Shown here one piece after another: positions 35,701 through 39,803 of a DNA stretch of 39,803 nucleotides; position 1 is the first letter of the stretch, and each line of letters begins with the position of its first letter. A program made the position numbers and the translations under genes. Source of the DNA: Nemertoderma westbladi (Eukaryota; Animalia; Xenacoelomorpha); the NCBI GenBank assembly GCA_032718475.1, contig JAUCBJ010001110.1, positions 1-39,803 on the forward strand, in the 5' to 3' direction. Under the pieces are notes generated by a model. That model had not been told where the DNA came from. It searched no databases and was given only the letters and a program-made list of their open reading frames with translations.

Positions 35701-36772
35701 TGATGGAGAATTAATATTCGATCATTTCGATTCCCATTCGGTAATAAAGGAGGAAGATTTAATCAATAAAACGTCACCGATACTCACAAACAGTATAAAC
35801 TTCCACCCAATTCATTCAAATATATTATGTTTCTCGTCCTCCAATGGGACTATCATTTGTATCAATACGGAGGATTATCTTCTATACAACCTCTATACCC
35901 CCTTTCATATTGGAGTTTCATTCTCACCAACAGCTAAACATCTAATAACCTACTCCACTTACCGAACTCCAACTCCGGAAGTTAAAATTTGGGATTTTAT
36001 TAATTTATCTTCAATACAAAAACCAATTAAAGTCTATGAGTTCAGTGTTTTTGCTATAGAATGACTAGATTGGGTTGCGGAAGATGATATAATAATTATA
36101 GGTAACAAAGTTAATGTTGAGTCAAAGGGGTGCAATGTAGATTGTTTGAACTTATTGGATGGGAAGCCGATATGGGGGGTGAGATTTACCAACCAGTTAT
36201 ACAAACTCCACCTAAAAGGAATTTTTAGACCTCAGAGCGGTGGATCGCGTTCTTATAATAATCGGATATCCATTGGGGCGATCGGACACAGAACTACTGG
36301 TCGGTAAAACCGGAGAAACAAACCACCGAATGGAATCCGGTTCAATCGGACCGGTTAAGTTAACATCAAGCCGCTTGGATGTCACTCCTGGTATAGTCAG
36401 GTGGCTTAGGGAAAAAATCACCACATATGTGAGGAAAGCACCATTTTTCACTATATGTAAAATTTATGTAGAATCCATTTCGAAGGGTACCCAAAGCTGT
36501 AGTTGAGTGGATGACATTGATATCGATGGGTTGAGTGAACTTAAAATTATATTTTTTTCTTAACTTACAACATGGACTTACGAATTAAATTTTTTTTATA
36601 TTTAGCCCGTAGATGACATTGCCGAACTGTCAGAAGTATTTGAAGTACAACATTAAAACACTTCCATTCACAGTCAAAGCTTGATATTATTTCTTAAAAC
36701 TTATAGCCTAACGTTGTTCAATCTATAATTGATTAATTTCGTTAACAAACGTTTTATAAATAATGAAGACTT
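32766..36772 (+). repeat. Repeat unit U, copy 3
   Basis: Colinear with 14984-19003; lacks the MITE present at 19005. Confidence 0.95.
33271..35091. mobile_element. Harbinger-like TIR element, duplicate of 15493-17317, with nested MITE at 33766-34276
   Basis: Same TIRs, flanks and nested insertion. Confidence 0.85.
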
Positions 36773-36859
36773 TCCTGTTTAACATTACAAAATACATTCG
36801 ATGTAAAGAGCATCATCAACGAAATTAGAGACTTTTATCATGAACGTGGAAAATGTTAA
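35306..36859 (+). pseudogene. WD40-like pseudogene, copy 3 (most complete; hairpin at 35399-35594)
   Basis: Same blades as copy 1; continues past the MITE breakpoint to a plausible C-terminus ...DVKSIINEIRDFYHERGKC*. Confidence 0.7.
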
Positions 36860-37365
36860 GTAAAAAGTCAATCTTTCACATAGTAACTATGTTCTAGAAA
36901 TGTTACAGCCACTGTAAATACGTCACATGTATTATTTCTCAAATAACAACACCATGCACTTGAATGTTGTTGTATTGTTTCAGTAAGTTATTACTGTGCC
37001 AAGAGGTTTTATGTTCTAGAATAAACATTTGACCTTCTGACAGCAAGATGGGTAGCTAGTAATTTTGTGATATTTAAGGTAGCTAGAGTTTTAATGTTAG
37101 CTAGAAGTTTTGAAAAATATTATTAATTTTTAATAATATTTTTTAATAACAAATATTAACAATATTGACAATAGACAGTATTGTGGTGCGAACCATGGAA
37201 TGCAACAAGTGCGGTACTAGTGTGTTTTGTGCAAACCCACCCTCAAATTTTTTATACTAGCTAGTTTTTGTTACTTTTTTTAAAAAAATTTTAGAACAAA
37301 TAATATATTTATTTAATATAACAATTTTGTTCTAGAACAAATATTATTTGTTCCAGAATACGTTA

Positions 37366-37440
37366 GACAGTGAAATTTTATATCTCACACTGTCCCCATG
37401 ACAGTGAAATTTATTTTCTCACACTGTCCCCAGGACAGTG
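37366..37440. repeat. 34-bp tandem repeat (~2.2 copies), each unit a GACAGTG...CACTGTC hairpin
   Basis: GACAGTG at 37366, 37400, 37434. Confidence 0.85.
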
Positions 37441-38440
37441 GAGTTTCCAAAGACAGTATAATCAATTACTTATTCACCATCTTAACATTCTTAGGAGCTG
37501 GTTGCGGTAGGTCGTAGTAAAACTGTACACTTTATTATACCTACTTCATTCAGCCTGTTTCCTGTGTAAACAAACTGCTTCAAATGCATGTAGAACTAGT
37601 GCTGTGTTATTCGCATATGTTTTTATTCTGCTTGATATTGAGAACTGAATGCTTTATAGACGAATTGTTGAAGGATTTGAAATACTGCATTGTCCCCAAC
37701 ATGAAATCTTCCAAACGTGTAGGACAGTAAGTCTTGTGTTACTCGAGGGCGTTGTAAATCACAAAGCTATCGACACTGACGCGTAGCTTAGGCTTGCCGA
37801 ACTGGGAGGGCGTTACTTGACAAAAGAGAGTATAGATAATCCCGATATTATTTGGTGTGGTACTGATTGTTTGGTTTGACGTGTTTAGTATTGTAATAAC
37901 CATTTTGCGAATTCGGTTTGTGCAAGATTGTGCGAGTGCAAGAATTGCGGGTGCATTTCCATTCGAATTGTTGATTGAGTAAGAAAGTTACTTGTATGAT
38001 TGTAGTTAAATTTCGACATTATCAGTTGCCCGTTCGCGAAGCCAGTGAGAGAGTAAGGCCTTTCTTACCTGCGGGAGTGAACACAAGGCAATCCCTGCGT
38101 GTGAAGCGACTAATTACCAATAAATTGCTACACTCAATATCTTTACTTAAAAACTCGGTTGGCATTTGTATGGTGTGTTACAATGTATTACCCTTTCGGA
38201 TTTTATTTCAGTAACTAAAGTAACTAAAGTTATTTTATTTGATCTATCGTACATACGCCCTATAACATAACAAGTAATTGTTCCAAATCTGTAACGTTGT
38301 GTTACAGACCACCACCCCCCCCCCCCCCCCCCCCCCCAAGGATGAGTATTCTTAGCAATATTAAAGGATCGATCACGTTAAAAAAGGAGCAGGTTTCAGA
38401 GACGTATTGGGGGAACCAAAAAAATAAACGTTATTGTTTT

Positions 38441-38500
38441 GCGGGCTAAGAATACCCACGCGCTAAGAATACCCACGGGCTAGGAATACTCGCGGGCTAA
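38441..38500. repeat. 17-bp tandem repeat CGGGCTAAGAATACCCA (~3.5 copies), possibly a DNA-transposon subterminal array
   Basis: Seen directly; an inverted copy GAGTATTCTTAGC lies at ~38344. Confidence 0.7.
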
Positions 38501-39140
38501 AAATCCATGAGACCTTACTCTGACTATGTCATTAAATCCAGGGTGTCATGTATTGGATCTCACAGGGTTACATTCCTACATGTAACACAGATATGGAACG
38601 CTGACAGGACTCTCAGATTGTCAGCTAAAAAATTATCGCAGCGTTTTTTCATCTTTATTGTGAGCTAACCCTATTCCTTCATATTTATTATTTGTAATTA
38701 TTCTGTTTAGTTGATGCGATTTAATTGGATTGTTTATATTTAGTTAAGTAATGTTTTATAAAAATATATATGTTTTGCAAATTATATAAAATATTACTTT
38801 TTATGAATTTAGGAAAGTATTAAAATGATACTATCAATTTTCCATGCAGTTTAATATGTATATTATTATTAAATGAGTTTGTTATTTTAATGATAAACCC
38901 AAATGGAAACATTATAGGTCTAATATACGTTGACATAATGAAACATATATGTAAAATATATATTATATTATATATAAAAGGAGCTGGTGACAATATTATT
39001 GTCGCCAGTTCCTTTCCATTTATATTTAACTATATATTTTATAGAAGTGATTGAAGTCCCAGTGGGTATCTCAGTCTTAATATGAATATTATGATAATAG
39101 CGAATGAAAAAAATGCCATAGTTATTAAAGTATTTAAATT

Positions 39141-39177
39141 CGAACGTTTCGATTTAATCAATAAATCATCATCAGCG
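39141..39177 (-). ncRNA. Minimal hammerhead ribozyme motif of the Penelope-like element
   Basis: Minus strand: CG-CTGATGA-T-GATTTA-TTGAT-TAAATC-GAAA-CGTT-CG (catalytic core, 6-bp stem II, palindromic ACGT); stem I weak. Confidence 0.65.
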
Positions 39178-39587
39178 TAGGCTAACAGACAGTAAAAATG
39201 AACAAATTAACATATTTATACTACAGTACTGCAATAGATTTAAATACAACAATATCAGAATTCAGAATCATGTAAAATTAAAGTTATTAGGAGTATGCAA
39301 CAAATACCGGTAGGCAGTAAGTATTATAGCAGAATTTATTACAGGTACAGTATGTATATGGGTAAACGTAAAACATATAGATACTGTACATAATTATTGG
39401 GGTTACCTAACTACAGTATATAAAAACAAATAGGTGAATCAAAACAAAACGTATTGTAGGTGCACGTAAGATAGTGAAAAAAACAATATTTAGAATTAAT
39501 GTATAGTGTAGGTAGGTACATAAGTGCTCGGTCGGGGGGAGGGGGGGGGGGGGGGGCAGGGATGGGGATGGGTTGCGGAAAGATAAT

Positions 39588-39803
39588 TTACTGGAACAGG
39601 TGTAAAGGAAAGGACGTCCCTTGGATATTAAGAGTAGGTTTCTCATGCTTGATATACAGACTTTCTTTAATGAGAAGATCGTAATTTGTGTTGGCCCTAC
39701 TTATAGCCGTGAAATCGGTATAGGACACCTTATGATCAAACTCTAGGGAGTGATCATGTATTGCTGAGTGTCTGGGAGCGGATGTGGGTCTTCCTGTTCG
39801 GGG
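39588..39803 (-). CDS. C-terminus of Penelope-like RT/GIY-YIG endonuclease ORF (partial, runs off window)
   Basis: PRTGRPTSAPRHSAIHDHSLEFDHKVSYTDFTAISRANTNYDLLIKESLYIKHEKPTLNIQGTSFPLHLFQ*; SAIxxH, IKESLxI and PxLN motifs. Confidence 0.85.
   Translation of the reverse strand, partial: PRTGRPTSAPRHSAIHDHSLEFDHKVSYTDFTAISRANTNYDLLIKESLYIKHEKPTLNIQGTSFPLHLFQ

Larger units (their letters stand above)
39040..39803 (-). mobile_element. Penelope-like retroelement, 3' portion (left boundary approximate)
   Basis: GIY-YIG endonuclease C-terminus plus a downstream hammerhead motif. Confidence 0.75.

Noticed and set aside
37609-37903. Minus-strand frame MVITILNTSN... with one internal stop
   Set aside because: Short, no recognisable motif; cannot be supported.

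Overview
AT-rich, repeat-dominated eukaryotic (probably invertebrate) genomic window with no intact host gene. Main contents: (1) the 3' part of a BEL/Pao LTR retrotransposon derivative whose intact 1661-aa ORF keeps Gag and protease but has lost RT and integrase (to ~5693); (2) a probable 3' end of another LTR element with a decayed extra ORF (~6480-8805); (3) HINE/Helitron, LINE and SINE debris (10.6-15 kb); (4) a ~4-kb unit present in 2 full copies plus 1 partial copy (14984-19003, 31388-32761, 32766-36772). This unit carries nested TIR elements and an intronless WD40-like pseudogene that the ORF track largely misses, with an 85-bp foldback built from an inverted paralogous coding fragment; (5) a full-length, recently inserted but multiply disabled BEL/Pao element (19528-31253, 541-bp LTRs, GTTCC TSD) nested in a MITE. 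It has no tRNA-type PBS but a PBS complementary to its own LTR (candidate Tf1-like self-priming), plus a 15-copy hairpin array in a 2-kb 3' region; (6) the 3' end of a Penelope-like element with a minimal hammerhead ribozyme. All calls are from reading the sequence by eye; no searches were run.
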